This document shows, piece after piece, positions 7,477 to 18,200 of a stretch of DNA of 39,723 nt (its first letter is position 1; each line of letters starts with the position of its first letter). The notes below the pieces were generated by a model. It was not told the origin of the DNA. It worked only from the letters and a program-made list of their open reading frames with translations, and did no database searches. Made by a program: the position numbers and the translations under genes. Source of the DNA: a virus; UHGV virus genome UHGV-0092790, one strand, 5' to 3'.

Positions 7477-9057
7477 ATGGAAGTAAGCGAGATAGCCAAG
7501 TTGTTGAAAGACCCGATGTGGAGGATATCGCATTTGTATGAGATAAAACTCACGGACGGGAACATCATACCATACAAGCCGAGGAAGTTTCAGGAGGAGT
7601 TGCATCGTGCGTGTTACTGTGAGGGGAAGCGTCGTTTTTTGATACCAAAGAGTAGGCGTCAGGGGTGTTCTACGGCGATAGGGGTGATGATGGCAGACAT
7701 GGCGGCTTTTGAGGAGGGGTGGAAACTGGCGTTGGTGGACAGGACGCTGGGAGACGCAAAGGAAAAGCTGACGGACATTGTGAAGGTAGCCTTGGACAGT
7801 TTGAAGCGGAAATTACCGGGGTTGTTTGAGATAAGCTATTTCCAGTCCCGCATCATAGTGAAGATGACAGGGAGGAGGGCCAGCGAGATAGTTGGCGGTA
7901 AATATTTCCGAGGTAGTGGACTTGGTTTTGCCCACATATCAGAGCTTGGTACCATAGCGACGAGCGAACCGAAGCGAGCGGCAGAAATAGTAAACGGCAC
8001 ATTCCCTGCGGCCAAGGACGGCTTTATATTCGTAGAGACGACGGTACGAGGGGGGAAGCGAGGGGTATTCTACGAAAACGTAATGAATGCGTTGAGCGTG
8101 CCGGAGGAGGAGCGTGGGGATAAAGATTTCCATGTGGTATTTTTGCCGTGGTGGAGTGACGAGAATAATATATCGGAGGGGGTGGAGGAGATAACGCCAG
8201 CTACGGAGAGCTACTTTGAGACGCTTAGGAGCAAGAGCGGGATTGTCGTGACGGAGGCGCAAAAGCGTTGGTGGCAACAGGCCAAGAGGCAACACGGGGT
8301 GTCAATGAATGAGGAATACCCTTCGACCTTGGAAGAGGCTTTTGAGGTTCCGATGGAGGGGGCCATATTGGAGGCGGTGTTGGACAAGGCAGTACAGGAG
8401 GGTGCTTTTCGGAAGTTGGCCTATGACGCAACAAAGCCATGCTATTGCACATGGGACTTGGGAGCGCCGCTGAACACGATTAACCTTGTATTCCAGCTGG
8501 ACGGCCCCTTTATTAACGTCCTTGAGCTGGACAGTGGTTTGCATGCGAGCGAGCGCGTAGCAGAGCGTGTAACGAGGCTTAAAAGCAAATATCCGACCTT
8601 ACAGGCGAACTTCCTTCCGCATGACGGCGGGTATATGACGGACACAGGGATGACACAGGCGCAAATGTGGCAGGAGGCAGGGTTGCCGGGCATCCAGTTG
8701 TTGCCCAAATCGAAAGACAAATGGATTGGCATCAATTACCTTTTAGGGATGTTCAACATGTTTCGGTTTGACACCAACGGTACGAGCAAAGCGTACAGTT
8801 ACTGGTTGTCCTACAGGTGCAAGCCGGAGGTGGGAGAGGGAGGCGTGTTTAAGAATGAGATTGTACATGACAACGCATCCCATTGGGCAGACCCGTTGAG
8901 GTATGTAGCGGAGGCGAAAATGAACAATTTGCTTGTGCAAGGTCCAACAACCCAAGACTATAAGGCAGGAATAACATGTACATTTGGGAAATATCATCGT
9001 GAGCGAAACATTGGACATAACTGGCGAGGACGGTTTGAGCGTACTTTCCGAATCTGA
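7477..9057 (+). CDS. terL: terminase large subunit
   Basis: A 526-aa protein with a Walker A box (PKSRRQGCST) of the terminase type [KR]-x-RQ-x-G-x-S/T. Its C-terminal RNase-H-like nuclease segment carries acidic motifs (CTWDLG ... LPHDGG ... WADPLRY). Its size and its position upstream of a portal-sized gene fit. Confidence 0.85.
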   Translation: MEVSEIAKLLKDPMWRISHLYEIKLTDGNIIPYKPRKFQEELHRACYCEGKRRFLIPKSRRQGCSTAIGVMMADMAAFEEGWKLALVDRTLGDAKEKLTDIVKVALDSLKRKLPGLFEISYFQSRIIVKMTGRRASEIVGGKYFRGSGLGFAHISELGTIATSEPKRAAEIVNGTFPAAKDGFIFVETTVRGGKRGVFYENVMNALSVPEEERGDKDFHVVFLPWWSDENNISEGVEEITPATESYFETLRSKSGIVVTEAQKRWWQQAKRQHGVSMNEEYPSTLEEAFEVPMEGAILEAVLDKAVQEGAFRKLAYDATKPCYCTWDLGAPLNTINLVFQLDGPFINVLELDSGLHASERVAERVTRLKSKYPTLQANFLPHDGGYMTDTGMTQAQMWQEAGLPGIQLLPKSKDKWIGINYLLGMFNMFRFDTNGTSKAYSYWLSYRCKPEVGEGGVFKNEIVHDNASHWADPLRYVAEAKMNNLLVQGPTTQDYKAGITCTFGKYHRERNIGHNWRGRFERTFRI

Positions 9058-9082
9058 CAGGGTGTTAAGGAGGGACGCAGGT

Positions 9083-9454
9083 ATGGGATTGAGTGAGGCA
9101 TGGAAGCTTCACGAGGGAGGCGTGCGCCTCTATACCGGAAACGGTCTTGTGCTGGGCCACTATTATCGCATCGAACCGGACAATGTACGGGTATGGGGCG
9201 AGGCGTCGGAGTTCTTGAGGACAAGGCATATAGAGGAGGCGTCGGTGAGCTATGAGGAGGCCAATGGCTTCTTTTTCTTTTTAGGGGTTGGAGACTATGT
9301 TGGTTTTTTAAGGCACTTGCAATTAAGCCCGTACATGCAATTTGGTAGTGGACATAGGAGAGGAAAGTTGTATGTTTACTCACGTAAGGAGTTAGACTTA
9401 TATATTAAACTTAAATTAAGGAGGAGTAAATGTCAGGCGTTGGACAGGCAGTAG
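9083..9454 (+). CDS. hypothetical protein (about 124 aa)
   Basis: The internal ATG at 9083 is preceded by a good Shine-Dalgarno sequence (taaggaggg at 9066-9074). The track's longer ORF from 8984 would overlap terL by 74 bp. Confidence 0.4.
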   Translation: MGLSEAWKLHEGGVRLYTGNGLVLGHYYRIEPDNVRVWGEASEFLRTRHIEEASVSYEEANGFFFFLGVGDYVGFLRHLQLSPYMQFGSGHRRGKLYVYSRKELDLYIKLKLRRSKCQALDRQ

Positions 9455-9726
9455 GAGCAGTTGTCGGGACGGTAATCGCCCCCGGTGTAGGAACAATTAT
9501 CGGCTCATCTATTGGTGGGCTGGCAGACGGAGCAATCAACAAGAATAAAGACAAGGGGTCATCCGCCCCGGAAGCTCCAAAGCCCGTAGAGCAATACGAA
9601 ACTCAACAGGAAGCAGTTCGTAGCAAAAATGAGGCGAACAGGCGTCGGAGTTCTTTTTCAAATACCTTTGTTGCCTCTAGAGGGATGGGAACAGGCGGCA
9701 TTGGTAAAAGCTTTTTAGGCCAGTAA
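9430..9726 (+). CDS. small glycine-zipper membrane protein (98 aa)
   Basis: A strong Shine-Dalgarno sequence (aaggagga) lies 8 nt upstream. The N-terminus reads GVGQAVGAVVGTVIAPGVGTIIGSSIGGLADGAI (GxxxG repeats). Its octapeptide IGSSIGGL is shared with the C-terminus of the 19505-20416 protein. Confidence 0.5.
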   Translation: MSGVGQAVGAVVGTVIAPGVGTIIGSSIGGLADGAINKNKDKGSSAPEAPKPVEQYETQQEAVRSKNEANRRRSSFSNTFVASRGMGTGGIGKSFLGQ

Positions 9727-9727
9727 T

Positions 9728-11353
9728 ATGTTGTACAACAACCAGAGTCCAAAGCAGAAGAGGGAGCAACTCTATTCGTACAGACAGAGATATGTGTCTA
9801 ACTGGCAACGAGTTGCGGAGTTTGTAGAGCCAGACAGGCGGTTTAACCTGAATGGAGCTGTACAGGAATCCACACCTAATAATGAGGGATATATTGACAC
9901 GACTCTTGAGCGTGCGTTGAGGCTGAACGCAACAGGCCAGCATGAGCTTGTGATGCCCAAGGCTAGTGAGTGGTTCACCTTTACGCCCTTGGCGAAAGCG
10001 GCAGACAGGGAGCTGGTGACAAGCACTGTTGACAACGAATATGCCGAGACGGCTAGGGTTGTGTCCATGTTCATGAGGAACAGCAACCTGCACACGGCAA
10101 GCGAGCTTTTCTTCTGGGACAGGGCGGCTTATGGCATTGGCGCTTTTTGGGCAGAGTGGGACACAAGGAAGCGAGGTTTTAGCTTTTATTCAATTCCCGT
10201 TGGGACATTCATGGTGGACAAAGATAAATTTGGCCGGATGAATATGTTCTGTTGGGACGACTGGATGCGAAACCAAGACATTGTGGCTACGTTTCCTGAG
10301 GGCAACTTGCCGCAAACTGTTAAGGATAAGTATATTGCAAACTCCAACAGTCCGGACAACTACCTTGTGTTCCACTTGTTGGAGCGAGTGGAGCGCACAG
10401 GAGATGAAGGACTTGTGAGGCGAGCCAAAGGAAAAGAGTGGGTGCTTCGTTCGGTGTATGACGCTACAGGAGACGTATTGCTTGAGCAATTCTTTGAGCA
10501 ATGCCCCGTTATCTGTTGCAACTGTTTTGATTTGCCTAACTCCCCGTATGGATATGGGTTTGGGAAGGTTTCATTGGCAGACCAGATTGAATTGGTTAAT
10601 TGCCTTAAGGCTTTGGCAGAGGCGGCCCAACAGAAGATTTTCCCGCCGATGCTTGTTCCGGAAGGATTTCAGGGCAATATCGGATATGGAGCGGGCGAGG
10701 TAACGACCTTTAACCCGTTGAACATTCAGGCAAGGCCGTCGCCCCTGTTCCAGCAGTCAGCCCAAACTTCCGATACCCAATGGCAAATTGAGCGTTTTGA
10801 GCGTGTCATCAATGAGGCGTGCGACGTTAATTTGTTCATGCCGCTGTTGCAGGTGAAGGACCCGCAATACATGAAGGCCACAGTAGCGCAGATGATTGAG
10901 TCTTATTCGGCACGCATCAGCTCTACGGCTTATACGAGGTTGATTGAGCAATTCCTGCAACCCTTGGTGGACTTTTGCTACAACACGCTGGTGCAACATG
11001 GTTATGTCCGTCCTTTGAGGGATTACCATATCCAGTTCTGCACGCCGTTCCAGATTCTTTTGGACAGGCATCAGCCGACGTTGTTCACAGAGTTCCTACA
11101 AACGGTAGTCATTCCTCTTTCACAAATCGACCCGACCGTTCTGGACTCTGTGGATGCTGACTATATTTTCCGAAGGAGCATGCTTGATATTGGCCTGTCG
11201 CCCAAGTATTCTAGGCCGGAGGCGAAGGTGCAACAGATGAGGAGAGAACGCCAAGCGGCTCAAGACGAGGCAAACCAGATGGCTAATGCCAAGACATTCT
11301 CGGAAGTGCAGAAGAATCTTGGAGCGGCCAGTAAAGACATGAATCTGATTTAA
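9728..11353 (+). CDS. putative portal protein (541 aa)
   Basis: Size and position, directly downstream of terL and upstream of the scaffold-like and coat-like genes. No motif check was possible. Confidence 0.45.
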   Translation: MLYNNQSPKQKREQLYSYRQRYVSNWQRVAEFVEPDRRFNLNGAVQESTPNNEGYIDTTLERALRLNATGQHELVMPKASEWFTFTPLAKAADRELVTSTVDNEYAETARVVSMFMRNSNLHTASELFFWDRAAYGIGAFWAEWDTRKRGFSFYSIPVGTFMVDKDKFGRMNMFCWDDWMRNQDIVATFPEGNLPQTVKDKYIANSNSPDNYLVFHLLERVERTGDEGLVRRAKGKEWVLRSVYDATGDVLLEQFFEQCPVICCNCFDLPNSPYGYGFGKVSLADQIELVNCLKALAEAAQQKIFPPMLVPEGFQGNIGYGAGEVTTFNPLNIQARPSPLFQQSAQTSDTQWQIERFERVINEACDVNLFMPLLQVKDPQYMKATVAQMIESYSARISSTAYTRLIEQFLQPLVDFCYNTLVQHGYVRPLRDYHIQFCTPFQILLDRHQPTLFTEFLQTVVIPLSQIDPTVLDSVDADYIFRRSMLDIGLSPKYSRPEAKVQQMRRERQAAQDEANQMANAKTFSEVQKNLGAASKDMNLI

Positions 11354-11355
11354 TC

Positions 11356-11631
11356 ATGGAAGCAGACAAAAACACGGACGCAGTAGAAATCACCAGCCTT
11401 CTTGGGGACACGGTAAGGATTCCCAAGGAGGTGTATGACAAAGCCAAGGAAGTATTGGATTCCGACCCGGACAAATACATCCTGTTCGTCCTCAAGGCGA
11501 TTGCCAGCGGGAGCAGATATAAGCTTCCAGCCGCATTGAAATCCCACTTCGATGGAAACAAACTCTTCTACATTGAAGGCATTAACGCACTAATTGAAGT
11601 AATAGAAGCATTGTATGAGCGAAAACAATAA
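11356..11631 (+). CDS. hypothetical protein (91 aa)
   Basis: An ORF tightly packed between the portal and scaffold candidates. Confidence 0.45.
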   Translation: MEADKNTDAVEITSLLGDTVRIPKEVYDKAKEVLDSDPDKYILFVLKAIASGSRYKLPAALKSHFDGNKLFYIEGINALIEVIEALYERKQ

Positions 11632-12505
11632 CCCCTCTACGGGAGACACTACGCAGACACAGCAACCTCCGGCCCAAGAGCAGACGAAGATGCCGGGAAC
11701 CATGTCATTGAGCGACCCTGCCTTAACTCAAAAACCGCAGGAACAGTTCACTATTGACAAGATTGTTAATAATGACGGGACGTTTAAGGAGGGCTGGAAT
11801 TCCTCTGTCGAAGGCGGCGAGAGCTTGTCTAAGTACAACAATATCAATGACTTAATCAAAGGCTTCGTTAATGCAAACAAGCTTATTGGAAAGAAGCAGG
11901 AACAGATTTCCCGCCCCGGAGCAGACGCTACGGACGAGCAAAGGAAAGCATGGCGTGAACACTTGGGCGTTCCGGAGAAAGCCGACGACTACCAAGTCCC
12001 TGACGAATACAAAGAGACGGTGGACGCAGAGTCGTTTAAAGAGTTTGCCCATTTTGCCCATGAGCATAACATCCCTGCCGACACGATGCAGGAGTTGCTT
12101 CGTTTTCAGGAACGGTATGCGGCCAAGCTGAATGAGGCTAATACCAAGCGAATCGAAGAACAGGCAAAAGAGGCTAAGAAATACTTCCAAGCGGAGTGGG
12201 GAGGCTTGTATGAGCGCAACTTCAACTTGCTCAAGGACGGGCTTGTGAGGGCAGGGATTGACATTGAGTCCCCTGACATGGCGGGCGCTCTGAACAATCC
12301 CTTCATCCTTTCTGCGTTGTTTGACAAGGTTTCCAGTATGCAGGACGGAACGATGCCCGTCCCCGGCTTCATGAAGGCTTCTGCGGCTGACGCTAAGGAG
12401 CAAATTATGGGGTTGATTAACAAGTATGGCTCGGTAAACCAAATGCCTCATGACGCACGAGATTTGTACCACAGGCTCCTTGCGAACAAAAATATCAAAT
12501 GGTGA
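11615..12505 (+). CDS. putative scaffolding protein (296 aa)
   Basis: A Q/E/K-rich protein that looks helical, sitting between the portal and coat candidates. It is followed by strong terminators. Confidence 0.35.
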   Translation: MSENNNPSTGDTTQTQQPPAQEQTKMPGTMSLSDPALTQKPQEQFTIDKIVNNDGTFKEGWNSSVEGGESLSKYNNINDLIKGFVNANKLIGKKQEQISRPGADATDEQRKAWREHLGVPEKADDYQVPDEYKETVDAESFKEFAHFAHEHNIPADTMQELLRFQERYAAKLNEANTKRIEEQAKEAKKYFQAEWGGLYERNFNLLKDGLVRAGIDIESPDMAGALNNPFILSALFDKVSSMQDGTMPVPGFMKASAADAKEQIMGLINKYGSVNQMPHDARDLYHRLLANKNIKW

Positions 12506-12612
12506 AGCAAGTTATGCTTGCATGCGCCATGCCGTAAGGGTTTAATAGTCCCTGTGATGGTGTGAGTTTTTTTTCTCCGTATTTTGTCTCACACCAAAAA
12601 CAAAATGCTAAT

Positions 12613-12668
12613 GCCCGTTGGAGGTTTCTTATGTTGTGTTCTTTCCTCCAACGGGCATTTTTTTATTG
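12613..12668 (+). terminator. rho-independent terminator
   Basis: A perfect 12-bp stem (gcccgttggagg / cctccaacgggc) followed by atttttttatt. Confidence 0.75.
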
Positions 12669-12773
12669 CAATCTCTCGTCGTGTGTTGCATACTGCGCTT
12701 GCTGTTGTGAAACAGCAGTGTGATTGCATGATTCAATAAGAGCGAAAAGGCGATAACATAGGGATAAATGAGG

Positions 12774-12824
12774 AGGGGGTACGTTTGTGCATAGCGTACC
12801 CCCTCTGTTTTTGTTTGCTTTTTC
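12774..12824 (+). terminator. second rho-independent terminator
   Basis: A stem (gagggggtacg / cgtaccccctc) followed by tgtttttgtttgcttttt. Confidence 0.65.
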
Positions 12825-12984
12825 ATAAAGTTTGTGCATTTGTTTTCTTAAAGGCAACCCGTTTGGACACTTGCTTTAACACTCATAGTATAAGAGGACA
12901 GCCGTCTTCCTCATCAAACAGCCCTACTTTAAGGACACCTGTCGAACCCATTTTGACGGTAAGAATTAAAAGTATAATTAAATT

Positions 12985-13977
12985 ATGGCAAATTACGGAA
13001 ACTTCCAGACGCTTGCTGTAAACGAGTACACGCCCATGATTTATGCGGCTGTTCAGCAGATGCGTTCCCGCACGGAGCGTTTCATGAGGGTTTACGGCAT
13101 GAATTCCAGACAGCGCAGGTTCCAAATCATTGACCCTGTGAACTCCACTCAAATCACCGACCTGTATGGCGCGACTAACCCGCAACAGGCCGAGTTCAGA
13201 CAGCGGTGGCTCAAGACCAAAATCTTCAAGTCCACTCATGAGATTTCCCGCACGGAAATGCAACAGGCAGGGACTATTGACTCTCCGCTTCCCCGCATTG
13301 TGGACGCAGAGCGCATGGAAATGCAGCGTCGCCGTGACTTGGTGGCGGTTGAGGGCCTTATTGGTACTGCGTGGACTGGCGAGAACGGCGACATCCCCGT
13401 TGCCTTCAACGAAAAGGCCAACACGATTCCTGTTGGCTACGTGCAGAGCGGAACCTATGTGGCATCCGGTCTGACCTTTGACAAGATTGTGCGGGCCAAG
13501 ACTATCTTCGGCATGCGCAACGTGCTTGGTCAGGACGTGGAACGTCAGGATTTGGGTGGCCCTGAAATGGTAATCCTTTGTACCCATGAAGAGCTTGCGG
13601 CTCTCTACGGCATCAAGGAATTCACGAACATCCTTTACTCCGACCAGCGTCCGATTGCCAGCGGCTACATTGACAACGTGCTTGGCGTGCGTTTCATTGC
13701 GCTGACTGCGGACATGCTTCCGTTCGGTTCCCGTCCGCTTGGCTCTGCGACCGACCCGACCGGTGGTTCATCCACGGCGAATGTGCGAACCCTCATTGCC
13801 TTCACGATGAACTCCGTTGCGTTTGGCGTGCTGGAAGAGCTGTTCGTTCGGATTGAAGAACTTCCGACCAACCAGTATGTATGGCAGACGTACTCTGAAA
13901 TCGCAATGGGTGCGACCCGAATCGAAGACAAGGGCGTGCTCAAGATTGACGTGGCGGGTTCTTCCGGCAACTTCTAA
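12985..13977 (+). CDS. putative major capsid protein (330 aa)
   Basis: Position after the scaffold candidate. The upstream region is flanked by tandem terminators and probably carries a strong late promoter. The size is typical of an HK97-fold coat protein. Confidence 0.45.
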   Translation: MANYGNFQTLAVNEYTPMIYAAVQQMRSRTERFMRVYGMNSRQRRFQIIDPVNSTQITDLYGATNPQQAEFRQRWLKTKIFKSTHEISRTEMQQAGTIDSPLPRIVDAERMEMQRRRDLVAVEGLIGTAWTGENGDIPVAFNEKANTIPVGYVQSGTYVASGLTFDKIVRAKTIFGMRNVLGQDVERQDLGGPEMVILCTHEELAALYGIKEFTNILYSDQRPIASGYIDNVLGVRFIALTADMLPFGSRPLGSATDPTGGSSTANVRTLIAFTMNSVAFGVLEELFVRIEELPTNQYVWQTYSEIAMGATRIEDKGVLKIDVAGSSGNF

Positions 13978-14002
13978 TCCAACATAGAAAGGCAAAAAAG
14001 TT

Positions 14003-14545
14003 ATGGCAGAATATCCTTCTGTAGCAAAAGCGCAGGTTGAAGCCGGGATGCCTCCGTATTTGAGTGCACAGCTTCAACGAGGACAGGTCTTGAAAAAGAC
14101 GATTGTGTACAAGGCAGGGGCTACTGCAACCCCTGCGTCTTCGACGATTGTTGACCTTCCCCTTCCTCCGGGAGTGGTGATTGACGTTTCCTCAATCGCT
14201 CTGACGCATGACGGGGTGGGTGCGGGTACTTACTCGCTCAACATCCAAGTTCTAGACAAGGCGGGTAATGCCAAATATTCCGGAACCGGAATATTGTCTT
14301 TGACGGCAACTGCAACCGCAGGAGAAATTGTGAGAGTTCCCTCTACTTCCAATCTATCCCCCGCCGGTGCAATGATTTTTGACCCAGCGCAATATCTTGT
14401 CGATAATGGTATCATGATTGACGGGGAAGGCATTACCTACGAACGCCTGAAAGAGAAGTACAATATTGCTTGTATCGTCTCTAATACTGCGGCGATCGCG
14501 GCCAATAAATCTCTCACCATTGTCATGGACTTAGTTATCCCCTAA
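14003..14545 (+). CDS. hypothetical virion protein (180 aa), possibly a head-tail adaptor, tubular or decoration protein
   Basis: Synteny only, by comparison with T7 gp11 and P22 gp4. Confidence 0.4.
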   Translation: MAEYPSVAKAQVEAGMPPYLSAQLQRGQVLKKTIVYKAGATATPASSTIVDLPLPPGVVIDVSSIALTHDGVGAGTYSLNIQVLDKAGNAKYSGTGILSLTATATAGEIVRVPSTSNLSPAGAMIFDPAQYLVDNGIMIDGEGITYERLKEKYNIACIVSNTAAIAANKSLTIVMDLVIP

Positions 14546-14557
14546 TCTGAAAAAACA

Positions 14558-15214
14558 ATGACTGACCTAGATATTGCTAATTATGCCTTGGGGTTGTTAG
14601 GCCAATACAAAATCCAAAGCTACCCGGAAACGGGGAAAAAGTCAGTAGAAGGTCAGGCATTAGAGGCATATCTTCCATTCGCTATTCAAGATGTCATGAT
14701 TGATGGCGAATGGAACTTCGCCCGGAAAAGGGTAATCATTGAGCCGTCACCCACAGAGGTGGCGGCCTTTGGTTATCACAATGCTTTCCCGAAGCCTGAC
14801 GACTTGGTGACAATCATATCCGTGAATGGAGAGCCTTGGAACATTCAGGCGCAGTTTGTGCAGATAGAGGGAGAGTTTATCTTGGCAAACGTTGACCAGT
14901 TGAGGCTGGTTTACATTGCCGCCCCCACAGACGGGACAACGCTTCAAGGCATACCTGACCAGCTAAAACCGCTCATAGGAATCAGGTGGGCCTATCTTAC
15001 GTGTGTACGCATCACGAACAACATTGAACTCTATAACATGATAGCGGACATGTACCAGAGGGAGTTGCACAGGATGCGGGACAACGACTTCATCAACAAC
15101 ACGGGAGGCAGGTTCAACTACCGCAACAAGCTTATGAGCCAGTCCACGTGGGGCCGCTATCCGTTTGGGACGACAGCACCCTACCAAGGCTCTTATACCT
15201 ACATTCCCGATTAA
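14558..15214 (+). CDS. hypothetical virion protein (218 aa)
   Basis: An ORF in the structural operon. Confidence 0.4.
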   Translation: MTDLDIANYALGLLGQYKIQSYPETGKKSVEGQALEAYLPFAIQDVMIDGEWNFARKRVIIEPSPTEVAAFGYHNAFPKPDDLVTIISVNGEPWNIQAQFVQIEGEFILANVDQLRLVYIAAPTDGTTLQGIPDQLKPLIGIRWAYLTCVRITNNIELYNMIADMYQRELHRMRDNDFINNTGGRFNYRNKLMSQSTWGRYPFGTTAPYQGSYTYIPD

Positions 15215-15234
15215 ACTAAAAACCTTCCAGACAT

Positions 15235-18200
15235 ATGGCCTCAAATACCCGGCAATTTCAAATGCAACTCAACTTCAACGGGGGGCAGGTTTCCGAGAAC
15301 TTCACCCCACGAGTTGACATGCAGAAATACCAGACAAGTTGCTCTGTGATAAGAAACTTCATTCCCAGACAGTTCGGCATGTTAAAGAGGCGTCCGGGAT
15401 TTGGTTTTGTTGACAGCTTTAAAAATCCTTTTCGGATATTAAAATTCCCTTGTACCAACAACGAGGAATATATTGTCTGCGTACACTCTGACAACAAATA
15501 TGAGAGCGGAGGATGCAAGCCATTTGCGACCATTTATCAATGCGGATATTTTGGAGACCAGACTAGAAGGTGGGAAGTAAATCTTGATATAGACCCCGTA
15601 TTCATGCCGGGGGTTAATGGCTGGACTGCGGACAGTTCTTCTGAAAGGCATGGTAGGTTTTGGGATACGGACTTAGCTAAAATCAAATATGTATCTCAAA
15701 ACGACAAGATGTGGATAGTGCATCCTGATTTCTTCCCTCTGGAATTAACAAGGACGGCGAAGCCAGTACAACTTCAGCAGACGTCGATGGCAGAGGACAA
15801 GTATGTTGTTGAGTTCGACACCTCCTCAAACACGAATCTTTCCACAAAAAACTCTTTGTGTTTTGGTTTGTATGGCGTTAATAGGCTAAATGCAAAAACA
15901 CAACCTTTCTTTACCTTAAACTTTAAGGACAACAAATCTATTGCTTTTGGTTTTAGCGGTAGTGGCGCCGATACGAAGTGGGCTATAACTACTTCGGATG
16001 GAGTTGTACATCAACTGGAAAACATTGGCGTTAGCTCTGACCAGACTGTAGATTTTAGCGATTTTAATAAAAACACACCTATCAACATTTATTGCTTCCT
16101 GACGTGGCGAGGAAACAAGCTTTACGCAAGCATAGGGTGTAATAACAGTTATGGAACGTTAGGCCTCTATAAGTATTCCTCCTCCGAAGTCGAGGTTGAT
16201 TCTTCTTTGGGCAACTTGTTAAGTTTTGTTATTGGGGGAACTCCGGGGAGTTCGACCGATGCTCAATCTTATGTTTCTTTCAAAGAAACCTTTAGTGCTG
16301 GTTCAGATTTTAGCGGCATTGGGATTAAAGTGAATTTTGGACAAGGAGATGTGCCTGATAAAAGCTTTAATAACAACGACCACAGGACGTCGCTAATAAT
16401 GGCTCAAATGTTTGGAGACACTTCGAGTGTGTTCAAGCTTAATGATTATCAAATCCAGCAATACAATAATTCCGTTTTCCCCATTAAGCGGATATACGAG
16501 AGCGGCACAAATATTTACACGGAAGAAACTGTCATTGAGTTCAAGTTGACGACGATGGACTTTCTGAATTATCCGAAGAGCGACGACTACTATATAAGGG
16601 ATAAAAGCCAAGGAACTAATCCTGATAGTCCCATGTTTTGTAGGAACCATGAGACATGCCCGGATATTCCCTATTACGTTTATGAGGACACCAGCTTCCC
16701 CTTAAACACTATCAACGCTGTTTTTGGGGACAGGTATTTCCTTTCTGATGGTTCCGTCCCGCAATTAACAGGCAACGATGGGACTCAAATTGCCGAGTGG
16801 TTAAAAGAATATACTCCGGGGGATATTGTTATCGGCTCCTGCCTGATGAACAAAACGGACGGCGTATTGAATGGGAACATATACAATTTCTCCACTGGCT
16901 CCAACGTCGGCATTCCCATTAACTTCTTTAGGATGGCAAACATCGTATGCCGCTACGTTCGAGGCGACTGGACTCTTAGAACAGACGCAGAAGTGGCGAC
17001 AAACAAAGGGGTTCTTGTAAGTTATTTGGAGAATAGCAAGGTCTTTTCAGGCTATCCTTCTGGCGGCGGCTACACAGTCTTCCGAATCAACAATAACTGG
17101 TTCTCACAGCCGAGGAAGCTTAGCATGTCGGGAAGCAACACTCCGGGCGTATTTGTTGGGCTTGTTTATATTGGTGAGAACGGAACTGTATCTACTGATA
17201 CTGGTGATGCTGGCCAGTCCATTGAGGTTGATAATAGTAGCGGAGCTTACCATACAGACATCCCCTTTTCTGTGTGGCCTAATCAGAAAAGGCTCACATC
17301 CACCACTACTGATGCGACGGTATTCCAGAACCTGACCATTATGCCGTTGATGTATGCTCCTGTGCTGGATGTTATATTTGAAAATTTTTCATCTAATTTC
17401 GGCAGAGGGAACTACCAGATAACCCAAACCAACATTAGTGCCACAAATTACTATTCGGCTAAATTCAATGACTTGGTGAAGTGCGCCTTTTCTGTAGAGA
17501 AAGGCTATCCTTCCTGCATATCGTTGCGCAACGGACGTTTGATTTTAGCCTCTACGAAGTCCCAGCCGCAGACAATATGGGCATCCCGTGTTGACAGGTA
17601 TAATGAGTTCTCTGTGGACGATATGGCAGATTCCGGCTGGGATTTGACGATAGGTGCGAACCAGAGCCAAAAGATTCAATGGTTGTCTTCCTCTAAGGAT
17701 TTGATAGTAGGAACAGACATTGGCGAATGGGTGCTGAACGACAGCGACTCAAGCAATCCTGTACCCATTATTAAAGAGCAATCCAGATGGGGTTCTTCTG
17801 TGGCGCAAGGGGAACTGATGACGGAGAGCCTGTTTTTCATCCCTAGAGACAAAAAGGGTGTTATCCAGACAATCTACTCTTTCCAGATTGATGGCTACAC
17901 AGCGGAAGATGTGACGATTATGGCATCCGATTTGTTTGATTATGGGATTACTTCTCATTCGATTCAGAAAGACCCTGACCCAATCTGGTGGGGTACTACT
18001 GGCGACGGAAGGCTTTTAGGGTTGCTGTATAACCGGGTGCAGGACATCAATGGCTGGTTCCAATGCGACATTCAAGGGTGCGACATAAATCAGGTTTGCT
18101 GTTACAATAACACGGTAAAGGGAGAGGAAGGTTTGGCTGTCTCTATTCAAGGAGAGGGCGGTAGCAACTTGGTAAACGCTAATCAATATTTTCTCGCCTT

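Noticed and set aside
12559-12595. The hairpin ggtgtgag...ctcacacc as a third terminator.
   Set aside because: It is followed by an A-run rather than a T-run on the plus strand, and on the minus strand the T-run precedes the stem, so it is not a canonical intrinsic terminator.
12883-13587. A 234-aa minus-strand ORF inside the coat gene. Similar antisense ORFs occur at 11852-12472 and 24485-24973.
   Set aside because: They are fully embedded antisense to long, confident plus-strand genes, with no independent signals.
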